A stretch of DNA of 64,000 bases, from positions 10,664,001 through 10,728,000 of the forward strand of contig NC_043010.1 of the NCBI RefSeq assembly GCF_006345805.1, in the 5' to 3' direction. Of the stretch, positions 13,088 to 25,504 are shown piece after piece. The notes under the pieces were generated by a model. That model had not been told where the DNA came from. It ran no database searches and saw only the letters and a program-made list of their open reading frames with translations. The position numbers were made by a program, and so were the translations under genes. Source of the stretch: Octopus sinensis (Eukaryota). Every line of letters starts with the position of its first letter. The stretch's first letter is position 1.

Positions 13088-14260
13088 TACACACACGACA
13101 CATATATATACATATATATTATTCGCAAAGAATAGCAATCACATGTGCACCACCCACAGACATGTAAATGTACGTGTATAGTTTGTACGCATAAATATTT
13201 AATGAGCTGTTGATACTATGTGTCGCATGTGCATATGCAGGAGCTTTGCACATGTATATTGGTATGGATATGCCTATATATAAGTATATTCATATATATA
13301 TCTATACATACATATTATATATATATTTTATACATACATATATATATATATATATATTTATATACATACATATATATATATATATTTATATACTACATAT
13401 ATATATATATATATATATTTATATACATACATATATATAATTCATATACATATATATATATATATATTTTATACATACATACATATATATATATACCTAC
13501 ATGCATATATATACATATACATACATATATATATATGTATGTATGTATATATATATGTATGTTTGTATATAAGCATCATATATATATCTGTATCGATATT
13601 TATAATCACACATATCTAGATACATAGGTATGTAGGTGTCTGTTTGAAATTACACACTAGTATGATAACACTGCTACAGACACACATGTACACACAAACG
13701 CATGTATGCACACATGGCAGCCATACTCCTCTTCCACATCCTCCTCCACATCACCATCATCATCATCATCATCATCATCACAGACATCGGCAGCAGCAGC
13801 AGTCAGGTTTCATGTTCAATATCAAAGTGATTCTAATGATAGATTTCTAAAGAAGACAGATTCAGGAAAAACACGAGAGAAGACAAAGGCTGTAGATGTA
13901 AACAAAGTGTTATTTTGTTGAGTATCACAACTTTGATTAACATAACAAAAGAATTGAACCCACACAGACGTGACTAAGACATACATACATTTTGAAAATC
14001 AGTCTATTTATCTATCTATCTGTCTGTCTGTCTATCTGTCTCTCTGTCTGTCGCTGCGATACTGTATGAAAGGGTTTGCGATTTCAGTTTCTTTAGTTGT
14101 AACCTATAATTAATGTGAATGCATATGTGTGCAATATATATACATATGTATATATGTAGATGTATATCTTTATGTTTATCTATGTATCTATCTACAACTA
14201 CATCTCTCTCTCTCTCTCAACACACACACACACACACACCCACCCACATACATATGTATA

Positions 14261-14296
<36 letters not shown>

Positions 14297-14420
14297 ATCT
14301 GATCTGGCAGCTGTAGAACACTGCCAATCAGACTGGAGCCTGGTGCAGCCTTCTGGCTTCCCGATCCCCGGTCAAGCCGTCCAACCCATGCTAGCATGGG
14401 AACGGACGTTAAACGATGAT
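14297..14420 (+). mobile_element. Family C (RTE 3' end) fragment
   Basis: CCGTCCAACCCATGCTAGCATGG..ACGGACGTTAAACGATGAT. Confidence 0.75.
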
Positions 14421-14442
14421 ATATATATATATATATATATAA

Positions 14443-15937
14443 ATGAGATAGGGGTTGAAAATTCAACCCACCATGGGATAATATTATCCATATACTGCCA
14501 GATAGGTACCCACAAGATTAATACATAGATGTTAAAATTGTCAAACAATCAGTTCATCTATTGTATTATATGGGTAAAGGTAATAATATTACCGTAAATT
14601 AATACTACAAAATTAGAGAATGGAGAACATACTTAAATCAATAAAACATCAACTATCCGATGATACCCAATCATACTTTAATACACCATTACATATGAGT
14701 AAAGCATTATACAAATGAGATATCAGTAATAGTAAAAAGATAAAGAGATATAAGTAAAATTTCAAATATAATATGCAATTAAATCAAAACTGACAGCTTT
14801 TTCGGCAGTGAGGCAGTCATACCTCATTAACCTCTAAGCCATAAGGCAGGTATAAATGAGGCATTAACAAGGATGCCCACGGCTCTTCAGAGAATTAAAT
14901 TAATTTGTTTTATATTGTGAAAAATATTATATAACCATATACATATAATATAAAAATATAAAAATGTAAATATAAAAACTTATACATCATAATGCTACAC
15001 TTATATAATATAATACTCATTGGTACAATAAAGGAAGGTAAACAGAACAAATAAAACAAAATATATTATCAGTGTATATATTATATTAATAGTACCGATA
15101 TTTACATATTTGGCTAATAGTTTTTTTAAAAAAACTAACACATAAGAGATGAAATAATAATTAAAACCATGGTTCAGTTCATAAAATTCTAAAGCTATGA
15201 AAGTTATAAAAATTACTATTAATATAATAATATAATAATAATAAAATAATAATAATAATAAATAATCATAATAATAATAATAATAATAATAATAGATCCA
15301 GTTAAGTTTGCACCAAGTCCATCCTTTCAAGATCGAAATAACTATGAGTTTAGAAATGCTGATCACTAGGTAAAGAAAATTAGATTAATTCGATTGGCTA
15401 TTGTTTTTGAAATTTAAATCACAAAAGAAAATTATACGGTTGGTTAGTCAAGGAACGCCAATATTCACACACGCATCTACAGATCATCGCACATACACAC
15501 ATAGTTATATGTATATACATACACTTATACACATACATAATCACAAGCAACAACTAGCACATAGATAAACAAAAAGGGAAGCAACTATGCTACCATTAAG
15601 TCCTTCAAAATTATAACTGTGCCTCAAATAACGAAAAAGAACCACCCATGCATTTCATAAAATATTTAATTTAGATAATATTTTTCACAATTATAACAAA
15701 TTTAATTTAATTCTCTGAAGAGGCCGTGGGGCATCCTTGTTAATGCCTCATTTATACCTGCCTTTATGGCTTAGAGGTTAAATGAGGTATGACTGCCCTC
15801 ACTGCCGAAACAGCTGTATATCTCATTTTGTATAATGCCTTTACTCATATGTATGGTGTATTAAAGTATTGATTGGGTATCATCGTAGTGGATGTTTTAT
15901 TGATTTAAGTATGTTTCTCCATTCTCTAATTTTGTAG

Positions 15938-15940
<3 letters not shown>
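14443..15940. mobile_element. Putative non-autonomous Penelope-like element with inverted ~300-bp repeats, each carrying a hammerhead motif
   Basis: 14603-14930 is the reverse complement of 15676-15940; cores CTGAAGA...GAAA(C/A)AGCTGT at 15715-15818 (+) and 14790-14890 (-); (TA)n on both flanks. Confidence 0.65.
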
Positions 15941-16002
<62 letters not shown>

Positions 16003-16016
16003 TACACAAAACGCAC

Positions 16017-16050
<34 letters not shown>

Positions 16051-16299
16051 GTGTGTGTATGCATGTGTGTGTGTTTGACGAACGGGAACATGAAACTCTG
16101 AGTAACAGTTTTTGTGAAGTCTTTGTAGCTTTATTAGCATTTTTACTCTGCCTCCAGGATTCAAGTACTATTTTTTCCACCTTGTTTTACATTTACATGC
16201 TTACTCTAGTATACATACATATATACATATACAGATATATATATATATATATGTGTGCGTGTGTGTGTATTTATAAATATACATATATATATGTGACCT

Positions 16300-16490
16300 C
16301 GTGTGTACCGTTGGCGATTTTTTTCCTCTGTATTCCCTTCTCAGGATCTTTCCTTCTCCTATGTTTCCGACGAAGAGCTCCGCTCGAAACGTTAAACCCT
16401 CCTTCTTCCCTTCTTTCCTGAGCGTCCAATAATACTTTATTTGTTCCACGTCCTCATGTTGTGTTTTTTTGTGTTTTCTTGTTTGGATTA

Positions 16491-16494
<4 letters not shown>
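16300..16494 (+). mobile_element. Family E copy, hammerhead-like motif at 16363-16397
   Basis: GTTTCCGACGAAGAGCTCCGCTCGAAACGTTAAAC; followed by (TA)n. Confidence 0.7.
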
Positions 16495-16533
<39 letters not shown>

Positions 16534-17174
16534 CACCATGTAGATTATTGATAGCCAATAAGTTTCCAGTATAATGGTTAGTCTATCATTGATCTTAGTA
16601 GTGTTACTAGTTATGATATACAGAACATATGTAAAAGAAAAATTGTGATAAATCCAATTATTAATTATTAGCTCCTAAACACACGTCAGTACTGCAGCAA
16701 TTCGGAACTCCGAATTGGATGTTCCAAGTACATTTGGGTTAGGGATCCACATGCACTTGGAACATCTAATTCTTCATTCCAAATAGGAAAAGAAAGTGGG
16801 AGGGGCAGTGAGAGAGAGATTGAGAGAGAGAGAGAGAGAGAGTATATAATGGTGCAAAAACTGCAAAATGATAATAAGAAATATTATGATGCTAGGCTTG
16901 CAGGGAAATATTTAGAACAAAATGAAGCAACGCTTGAAATAGAAACAATAAAAAAGAAAACAAGATGGGAATATACCTCATCATGTTTGATGGGTATTAT
17001 GTGCACTCCCCCACCTCACATACACATGTAATATATGTGTATTTATTCATATATGTAAATTGTATGTGTATGCATATATGTATATATACATACATACATA
17101 GTATATATATATATATATGTATATGTACTATGTGTGTGTGTATTTATATCTATGTGTTTATAATATATATATAT

Positions 17175-17229
<55 letters not shown>

Positions 17230-17354
17230 GTATGTGTATATATTTTGTATATATATAATATAAATATATAATATATATATATATAATATATATATATATA
17301 TACATATATAAAAGTGTGTGTGCGTGTGTGTGCATATGTGTGTGTTTATAATAT

Positions 17355-17800
17355 TTACAGAAGACACTAAGCTCCAGAAAGCTAGCCACTAAGAAGATGA
17401 TGCAATAGAATCCAGTCTGATCTATATTTTCCAAATCAATGCACACAATCGAAAACAATATGTAACAAAACAGAAGGCAATTTGAAGCTATGCACTTTGG
17501 GAAAAAAACTGTTTTTCAACAAAAGCATATTGTCTTCCCTTAGGAGAACTGTGCATGGCTTCTAATACTACGAGAAACCTAAGAGTAATTGTCGATGACA
17601 ACTTCAATTGGAGCATCCACATCAACAATAAAGTTGATAAGAAATGTAGGATTATAAGCTCCTGGGTCATGAGAACTTTCAGACCCAGAGGGCCAGATAA
17701 CATCACTCTTCTTTAGTAGGGTCACACTTAGAAAACTGTTGCCTACTGTAGTCTCCACTTACTAAACAAAACATTATGTGAATTAATACGCCCTAGAAGA
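17355..17800 (+). pseudogene. CR1/Jockey-group LINE reverse transcriptase C-terminal remnant
   Basis: Translates to EDTKL...FEAMHFGK...TTRNLRVIVDDNFNWSIHINNKVDK...SWVMRTFRPR, resembling DDTK...DLGV..D..L.W..HI motifs. Confidence 0.6.
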
Positions 17801-17816
17801 CAATTAATTGTAAATG

Positions 17817-18060
17817 TGGTGTGCAGTGTGCAGGAGAGATGACTGGGTTGGTATAGCGTGTGATGCATATGGACAAGGACAGCTGTGTAAAGAAGTGCTG
17901 GTCTCTAATTGTGTGGAGGGAACCTGTGGAAGGAGTAGATTCAGTAAGTCATGGGACGAAGTGGCTAAGTATGATCTTTGAACATTGGGCCTCACAGAGG
18001 TAATGACAAGTGTCTATTACCTTTGGCAATATGCCGTGCTTTTAGAAGATCCATCAAGCC
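17817..18060 (+). pseudogene. RTE LINE ORF C-terminal remnant (same family as 19074-19440, opposite strand)
   Basis: CSVQER*LGWY...MDKDSCVKKC...EGTCGRSRFSKSWDEV. Confidence 0.65.
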
Positions 18061-18210
18061 AAAATCAACAAAAATGATTAATAGAATAAGTTCATAGCTT
18101 AAAAATAATAAGTTGATTCATTTAGCTAAAAATTCTTCAAGGCAGTTTACCATCGTAACAGTAGTCTGATGAATGAAACAAGTAAATTAATAAAAGAATA
18201 TATGTGTGTA

Positions 18211-19440
18211 TCATCATCATCATCATCATCATCACCATCTTTTAATGCTCGCTTTCCATGCTGGCATGGGATGGACGGTTTGACTGGGGACTGGTGAGCC
18301 AGATGGCTGCACCATGCTCCAGTCTGATCTGGCAGAGTTTCTACAGCTGCATGACTTCTTAATGCCAACCATTCTGAGAGTGCAGTGGGTGCTTTTACGT
18401 GCCACCGGCATGAGGGCCAGTCAGGCAGTACTGGCAACAGCTACGCTCAAATGGTGTTTTTTACATTGCTACCAGCACAGGACCCAGTCCAGCAGCCCTG
18501 GCAATGACCTCGCTCAAATGTTGTTTTTCACGGGCCATCGGTCAGTACAAGTGCCAGTAAGGCTATGCTGGTAATGGTCATGCTTGAATGATGGTTTTTA
18601 CATGCCACCAGCATGGGAGCCAATTAGTGGCACTGGCAATGATCATGCTCGGATGGTACTCAAGGGTGGCAAGCTGGCAGAAACGTTAACGCACCGGATG
18701 AAACGCTTAGCGGTATTTCGTCTGTCGTTACGTTCTGAGTTCAAATTCCACCGAGGTCGACTTTGCCTTTCATTCTTTCGGGGTCGATAAATTAAGTACC
18801 AGTTACGCACTGGGGTCGATGTAATCGACTTAATCCGTTTTTCTGTCCTTGTTTGTCCCCTCTGTGTTTAGCCCCTTGTGGGTAGTAAAGAAATAGGTAC
18901 TCTTAGCGTTCCACTAGCACCGATGCTAGTCAGGTGGTACTGTTATCGGCCACATCAGCGAATTTGATTTCAATTTCATTTGCCTCAACACGTCTTCACA
19001 AGTAGAGTTTAGTGTCCAATGAAAGAAAGGTATGCATAAGTGGGCTGGTTACACCCCTGTCATAGGCCATGAGCTATGGTCTCACTTGGCTTGCCAGGTC
19101 TTTCCAAAGGTCTCGGTCACTAGTCATTGCCTTGGTGAGGCCTAATGTTTGAAGGTTGTGCTTCACCACCACATCCCAGGTCTTCCTGTGTCTACCTCTT
19201 CCACAGGTTCTCTCAACAGTTAGGGTGTGACACTTTTGCACACAGCTATTCTCATCCATTCTCACCACATGATTATACCAGTGCAGTTGTCTCTCTTGCA
19301 CACTACATCTGATGCTTCTTAGGTCCAACTTTTCTCTCAAGGCACTTACACTTGGTTGTGTATGCATACTGACATTACACATCCAGCGGAGCATACTGGC
19401 TTCATTCCTTGCAAGCTTACACATATCCTCAGCAGTCATG
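18211..19440 (-). mobile_element. 5'-truncated RTE LINE: ORF C-terminus (19074-19440) plus a 3' UTR with diverged ~60-bp repeats and a (GAT)n tail; parent of family C
   Basis: EASMLRWMCNV...LREKL...QERQLHWYNHVVRM...GRGRHRKTW...DRDLW is a typical RTE C-terminus; it continues into the family C tail. Confidence 0.8.
18662..18895 (+). mobile_element. SINE family B nested in the RTE 3' UTR
   Basis: Full B unit; GGTACTC duplicated at both ends. Confidence 0.85.
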
Positions 19441-19464
19441 GTGTATATATATATATATATATTG

Positions 19465-19705
19465 TGGAGGTGCATGGCTTAGTGGTTATGGCGTCAATCG
19501 TAAGATTGTGATTTCGATTCCTGGATCGGGCGATGTATTGTGTTCTTGAGCAAAACACTTCATTTCACGTTGCTCCAGTCCTCTCAGCTGGCAAAAAGGA
19601 GTAACGTAGCGATGGACTGGCGTCCTGTCCAGCTGGGGAACACATACGCCATTGAAACCAGGAAACCAGGCCCAATGAGCCTGGCTAGGCTTTAAAAGAG
19701 CGCAT
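19465..19705 (+). mobile_element. tRNA-headed SINE with a CORE-like middle and a type-3-like tail
   Basis: TGGCTTAGTGG / TTTCGATTCC; TGTGTTCTTGAGCAAAACACTT; GCGATGGACTGGCGTCCTGTCCAG tail shared with 54005-54090. Confidence 0.7.
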
Positions 19706-20275
19706 GTATTTTATATATGTATATATATGTCTATATATATGTATGTATGTATGTATGTATATGTATATATGTATATATATAAAATAGCTGTTAGCAATAG
19801 TCACAATATTTGTAACAAATGATAATCAGTACAAATAATATAATTAAATGTGTTGACTAGATGACCTTCAAACTTCTATTAACATCCGGAGGTATCATCT
19901 CATGACTATATTGGCTGATGAAAATATCCCCCAACACTATATCACGTGATTTTTCCATTTTCTCCAGATTAGATTATCAGCAGTACGTCAGCTTCGCAGC
20001 CACTGATTTTCATTCTGGCATCTGATGCAAGGCCGAATTGCTGCTGCTGCTGCTGATGATGATGACAGACAGCAAACAGTGAAGTCATGTGACAGAGTTG
20101 TGACATCCACTCATACAGATGAGGATTTCATCAGCTGGCACGGTAGGCTTAATGAGTCAACTCATCATGGTATTTCTGGATGTTGATAACAAGTTAACGA
20201 TAATCTTGTCAACACATCCAGTTATGTTGATGATGTTGCAGTGAAAGATAAAAGACCACAAAACACTTATAGGTT

Positions 20276-20921
20276 TTAACCCTTTAGCATTTAAACTGGC
20301 CACATCATCCAGCCAAAATAATTTATCTGTCTTGTGTTCAAACCAGCCAGCTGCTCTCTCTCTCACATCTCTCCTACAAAGTCATTCTAAAAATAAACAA
20401 TCACATCATCGAAATCTCAAAGCTAGGAGATAACACACGATTAATTCAAAACAACATGATTAAGTAAGTATAAAAATTATATATAAAAAATACAAAATGG
20501 GACAAGAATGCAAAATACACAAAGAGATGAACACAAAAAAACGGACGGGTCATTCGAAGCCTCTAATCTTCAGTCAGGAACCGGATCATCCTAGCAAATT
20601 TCGGCTGATTAATCCTGATATCGCTCCGATCTGGCTGGCCCCAATGAAAAACTAAGCTACGAGCATTAGATTTCTTGGAAAAAGGATCGAATGTATACGA
20701 AACAAGGACAGAAAAATGGACGATGCCACACAAATATAAATACAAAAAACAAAAATAAAATTAAAACAAGAATGGTAATAACAGGACAAAAACAGCGGGT
20801 GTCTTATGACTTTAGACAATTTAATGTATCTTAGCTGGCGTATTTTGAAATAAATGCCTTTGCGGCAGACGAAGAAAACGGTCATTACATTTGACAGATT
20901 AGTCTGAATACTAAAGGGTTA
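20276..20921 (+). mobile_element. piggyBac-like MITE with an unrelated ~400-bp insert (~20475-20880)
   Basis: TTAA|CCCTTTAG ... CTAAAGGG|TTAA termini. Confidence 0.7.
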
Positions 20922-21007
20922 AATGTTTTTTGTTAATAGTTTGACTCAGAATTGCCCCTCTACAAATTAGCAACCACTAAAAGTATCGTTAATTTTTTGC
21001 CTAGGTA

Positions 21008-21973
21008 TTGTGTTGAGTCAAATTTTCTGAAATATTTTAGTAACTTATTTGCTTTATTCATCAAGTTACAACAAAAGTGGCTTAGTATTCAAAGTGGAGG
21101 CCATTCTGTTGCACTGTGTGTACTCCAAACAGCTGGAGCAGATGTATGCTATTGTGTGACAAGAATACCTGGCATTGGTTAACAGAAAGCAATCTCTTCT
21201 GCGGCAAGACAATGCAAGACCTCATGCAACTCAAATTCCCCCACAATAAACTCTATGAACTTGAGAGTAACAAACTGATGCTAAACCCAGCATGTAGACC
21301 TGACCTAGCTCACTCGGAGTATGACTTGCTCTGATCCATGGCTCACTTCCTGCTCTCTTTTACTCTTTTACTTGTTTCAGTCATTTGACTGTGGCCATGC
21401 TGGAGCACCGCCTTTAGTCGAGCAAATCGACCTCAGGACTTATTCTTTGTAATGCTAGTACTTATTCTATCAGTTACTTTTGCCGAACCGCTAAGTTAGC
21501 GTGACGTAAACACACCAGCATCGGTTGTCAAGCGATGTTGGGGGAACAAACACAGACACACACATATATATATATACATATATACGATGGGCTTCTTTCT
21601 GTTTCCGTCTACCAAATCCACTCACAAGGCTTTGGTTGACCTGAGGCTATAGTAGAAGACACTTGCCCAAGGTGCCATGCAGTGGGACTGAATCCGGAAC
21701 CATGTGGTTCATAAACAAGCTACTTACCACACAGCCACTCCTGCGCCTCACAATGGTTTATCAACGAAGAAGAAGTGGAAGGTTCAGTGAAGGAGTTTTT
21801 TGCTTTGAAAGACAAGAAATGGTATCAGTATGAGATCAAAGAACTGGCAGAAATGTGGCTTCAGATGGTACAACACGATTGCCTCTGCATTACATGCCAG
21901 GCTGCCTTTGTTTTAACTTGACAAATAAAACAAATAACTTATAAAAATATTGCAAAACTTTTGACACAACATA
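21008..21973 (+). mobile_element. Internally deleted mariner (DD34D-type) transposon interrupted by a SINE A
   Basis: LLRQDNARPHA...NPACRPDLAHSEYDLL*SMAHFL and EEVEGSVKEFFALKDKKWYQYEIKELAEMW; imperfect TIRs TGTTG.GTCAAA...AATATTTT. Confidence 0.75.
21354..21748 (-). mobile_element. SINE family A
   Basis: Reverse complement of the consensus. Confidence 0.85.
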
Positions 21974-22089
21974 TAATTACTGCATGGTGAACTGGCCATG
22001 GCTTCTAAATAAAGATGATTTGATTTGATAATAACTGAACCTTTTCCCTAACTGCTGTTTTCCAGTATAAGGTGATTTGAAGAGAATGT

Positions 22090-22850
22090 TTACTCTGCAT
22101 CTGGGGGAGGAATTACAACCGTGTTTTGTGGTCTGCTAGCACAACAGCTCCTTTATAGGATCCAGTTAGCTCAAGACATCATCAGGAGGAACCACGTCCG
22201 GTTTCGGCCCCTACTCCTCTACTGTTTTGACGTGGCAGGGCCTCCCCTTTCGGAGGTGTCTTCAGCTCTGGTGTTGGGTGCATGTCTTCTTTCTTCTGTT
22301 CCCTGGCCTCTTCGATGTATCGTCAGCAAGTGTCAGCTAGTGACTGACTGACTTGTCAAATATTTCCCTTTAAATACCTGTCGCTAGGCTCCAGCAGGCA
22401 GTCCCAGCAAGTTGTCATGTGACACTGTCTCACCTTAACTGACTAGTGATGGCGCGTAGTCTTAGCCCGCGCATTCTCTAAATGACCATCACCTGTCAGT
22501 CAGCGAAGCTGATTCAGTGTCAGCTTGTCTCCCTTAGTGATGTTATTTCGGGTCCAGTGAAGGGTAAAACTTCAGGTCCTTCAGGTCCAGTGAAGGGTAA
22601 AACCTCCTCCCTGTATCATTTTATCTGGATGCTTTAAGATCAGAGAAACGACCAACCCAGTATAACCTGGAACATATTCCCCAACAAAGTTCTTTTCATT
22701 TCTAGAGCAGAGTACTCTGTCTTTATCTCAAAGAGAAAAACTACTTATATTGTAACAGCCCACTGTATCCCTTAACCCTTGATTAACTAATTTTGTATTG
22801 AAATTTCTACTGAAAACAAAAGTAACTATACCTGTGTATTGTACAAGAGT
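22090..22850. mobile_element. GC-richer block, possibly a solo LTR
   Basis: Compositional shift, TATA-like TATTTAAAGG on the minus strand (~22370), 20-bp direct repeat at 22551 and 22584; termini not resolved. Confidence 0.25.
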
Positions 22851-23118
22851 TGCTCTCCTTCCAACCGCTTTCTAGCATTTGAAATAACAGTTAGTTGTTA
22901 CAAAATTAATAGTTGCCCTAACTGATTTGAACTTGCCTATGTGAACAAGCCTCATTTTATCAGTCAGTGACAATCAGCTTTATTTAGAAACCATTTCTCA
23001 GTATTATCACCTACAAATGACCTGACATGCTTTTATCTTTTTGTTGCTTTTATTTGAGAAACTTTTACTAATGCACATCTTGGTCAAACAATATAAATCT
23101 TCACAAATACGTACATAT

Positions 23119-23530
23119 AGGCGCAGGATTGGCTATGTGGTAAGTAGCTTGCTAACCAACTACATGGTTCTGGGTTCAGTCCCACTGCGTGGCATCATGG
23201 GCAGGTGTCTTCTGCTATAGCCCCGGGCCGACCAATGCCTTGTGAGTGGATTTGGTAGACAGAAACTGAAAGAAGCCTGTCGTATATATGTATATATATA
23301 TATATATATGCGTGTGTGTTTGTGTGTCTGTGTTTGTTCCCCTAGCATTGCTTGACAACCGATGCTGGTGTGCTTATGTCTCCGTTACTTAGCGGTTCGG
23401 CAAAAGAGACCGATAGAATAAGTACTGGGCTTACAAAAGAATAAGTCCCAGGGTCGATTTGCTCGACAAAGGCGGTGCTCCAGCATGGCCGTAGTCAAAT
23501 GACTGAAACAAGTTAAAGAGTAAAAGAGTA
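23119..23530 (+). mobile_element. SINE family A
   Basis: Full-length match to the consensus. Confidence 0.85.
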
Positions 23531-23944
23531 TACATACTGCACAAACAGCATGAGTTATAAGATCTCGGATAAATTAAAGCTGATTTGTGTGCAGTTTATA
23601 ACATCTAACTGTGGAAAGTAAACAGATGTAAACACATCTTGTTATTCTCTTTTTATAGACACCCACACAAATACAAATATATATTTTCTTTGCCCTTCTC
23701 CACTTATTTTCCATACGAAGCTTCTTTCAAACACCTTATTGAAATAAGCATTTTGAATAGACAAAACACAAAGAAATAACTAAATATACTTCACAATAAT
23801 TTCATTATATTTTATCCTACATTAGTTATATATATATATACAGGTATAAATAATGGTTATTCCATAATATTCTTTAATTGTAGTGTCAACTTATTGCTGT
23901 TTCTGGTAGTCAATAGAAGTTTGTTCATTGATTGATTTACTAAA

Positions 23945-24011
<67 letters not shown>

Positions 24012-24639
24012 ATATATATACACACATATATTATATGTATGTATTTATGTATGTATATATGTAGGTATGTTTCTATGTACATATATAAATGGAACAATAT
24101 ACTTATCTACTATTAATCTTTCTTTCTTTCTCTCTCTCTCTCTCTCTCTCTCTTGCTCACTCTTTCACTCTCACTCCCTCTCAAGCTAAAAATGTCTCCA
24201 GGACTGCTGAAATAAATTTTATGAGGCAGAACAAGATACCTTTTAAACTCCCTGAAGCGGCAAGCTCCTCTCAAAATTGAAGATTTAATGTCCAAATGGA
24301 CCTGAAATCTTCGATTTTATACTTTCAATAAAAATAATGGTATAGCAAGAAATTCGAAAAGTATCATTTTGCTTCTTTCCTTTGTAGAGATATATGGTTT
24401 TGATAAACAACGCAGTGTAAAAAGCTCTAGGTGCCTGATTATGAGAGCACAATTGAACATAATAGTTAATTTCAGACTGGTGGATTTTTTTAAAATGCTT
24501 TATTCCTTATAAAATAGACTGGCCAGATAACAATATACTTTATATTAAGCCATGATAAGCTTCAGTAGCTTATCTAATGAGCTGTTTCTAGCTTTGATTT
24601 TTCTTTCTTTCTTTTTTTTTTTTTTTTATTTTTTTTTTT

Positions 24640-24870
24640 GCTATCTGCAAAATTTGTAATAGCACCACTAAAATCAGTTTCTTTGGTAATGCCTGCTTCA
24701 TTACTCAGTCATGGTAAATCAGCAGATCAGGTTTGAGACATGGTAGGTCTTGAAAAGCATTCGATATATATTTAAGTTTGCAGAAAAAGATCTTTCTGCT
24801 ATTGCATTTCTAGCTCTAATAGCCAACAAATTTGCCAAACCAACACAAATGTTTGGAAATTTTTCACAAA
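24640..24870 (-). pseudogene. hAT transposase C-terminal dimerisation-domain remnant
   Basis: FPNICVGLANLLAI...AIAERSFS, then after a frameshift LKYI...RPTMSQ...LSNE...DFSGAITNFADSK. Confidence 0.7.
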
Positions 24871-24872
24871 GC

Positions 24873-25225
24873 TGCAGGAGTGGCTGTGTGGTAAGTAGCT
24901 TACTTACCAACCACATGGTTCTGGGTTCAGTCCCACTGCGTGGCATCTTGGGCAAGTGTCTTCTGCTATAGCCTCGGGCCGACCAAAGCCTTGTGAGTGG
25001 ATTTGGTAGACAGAAACTGAAAGAAGCCCATCATATATATGTATATATATGTATTTTTCCTCTGTCTTCCCTTCTTGGGATCTTTCCTTCTGCTATGTTT
25101 CCGACGAAGAGCTCCGCTCGAAATGTTAAACCCTCCTTCTTCCCTTCTTTCCTGAACGTCCAATAATACTATATTTGTTCCATGTCCTCGCGTTGTTGTG
25201 TTTTTTTGTGCTTTCTTGTTTGGAT

Positions 25226-25230
<5 letters not shown>
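24873..25230 (+). mobile_element. SINE A 5' half joined at its TA tract to a family E copy (25053-25230; motif at 25097-25131)
   Basis: Direct matches to both families. Confidence 0.75.
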
Positions 25231-25257
<27 letters not shown>

Positions 25258-25504
25258 ACTTATAAACAAGGGCTAAAGAAAATTATTTCTATGCCAATAT
25301 GCTGATAACAGACTATTAAATTGTCAATTTCCACATATTATTTACTCGTTACAGAAAACACGTAGAGCTGAAATCGAGGAAAGCTGGCCAACAGAATTTT
25401 TTTAAAAAGTTCGTTATTTCTATATTGAATCAATTTTGGAATTAATCTCATAATAGATTATTTTCCTCTAAATACTATTATAAATCATTTAACATTAACA
25501 CTAA

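Noticed and set aside
12830-13627. YIYI/HTHT-type ORFs here and throughout the window
   Set aside because: Artefacts of (TA)n/(CA)n repeats, which lack stop codons.
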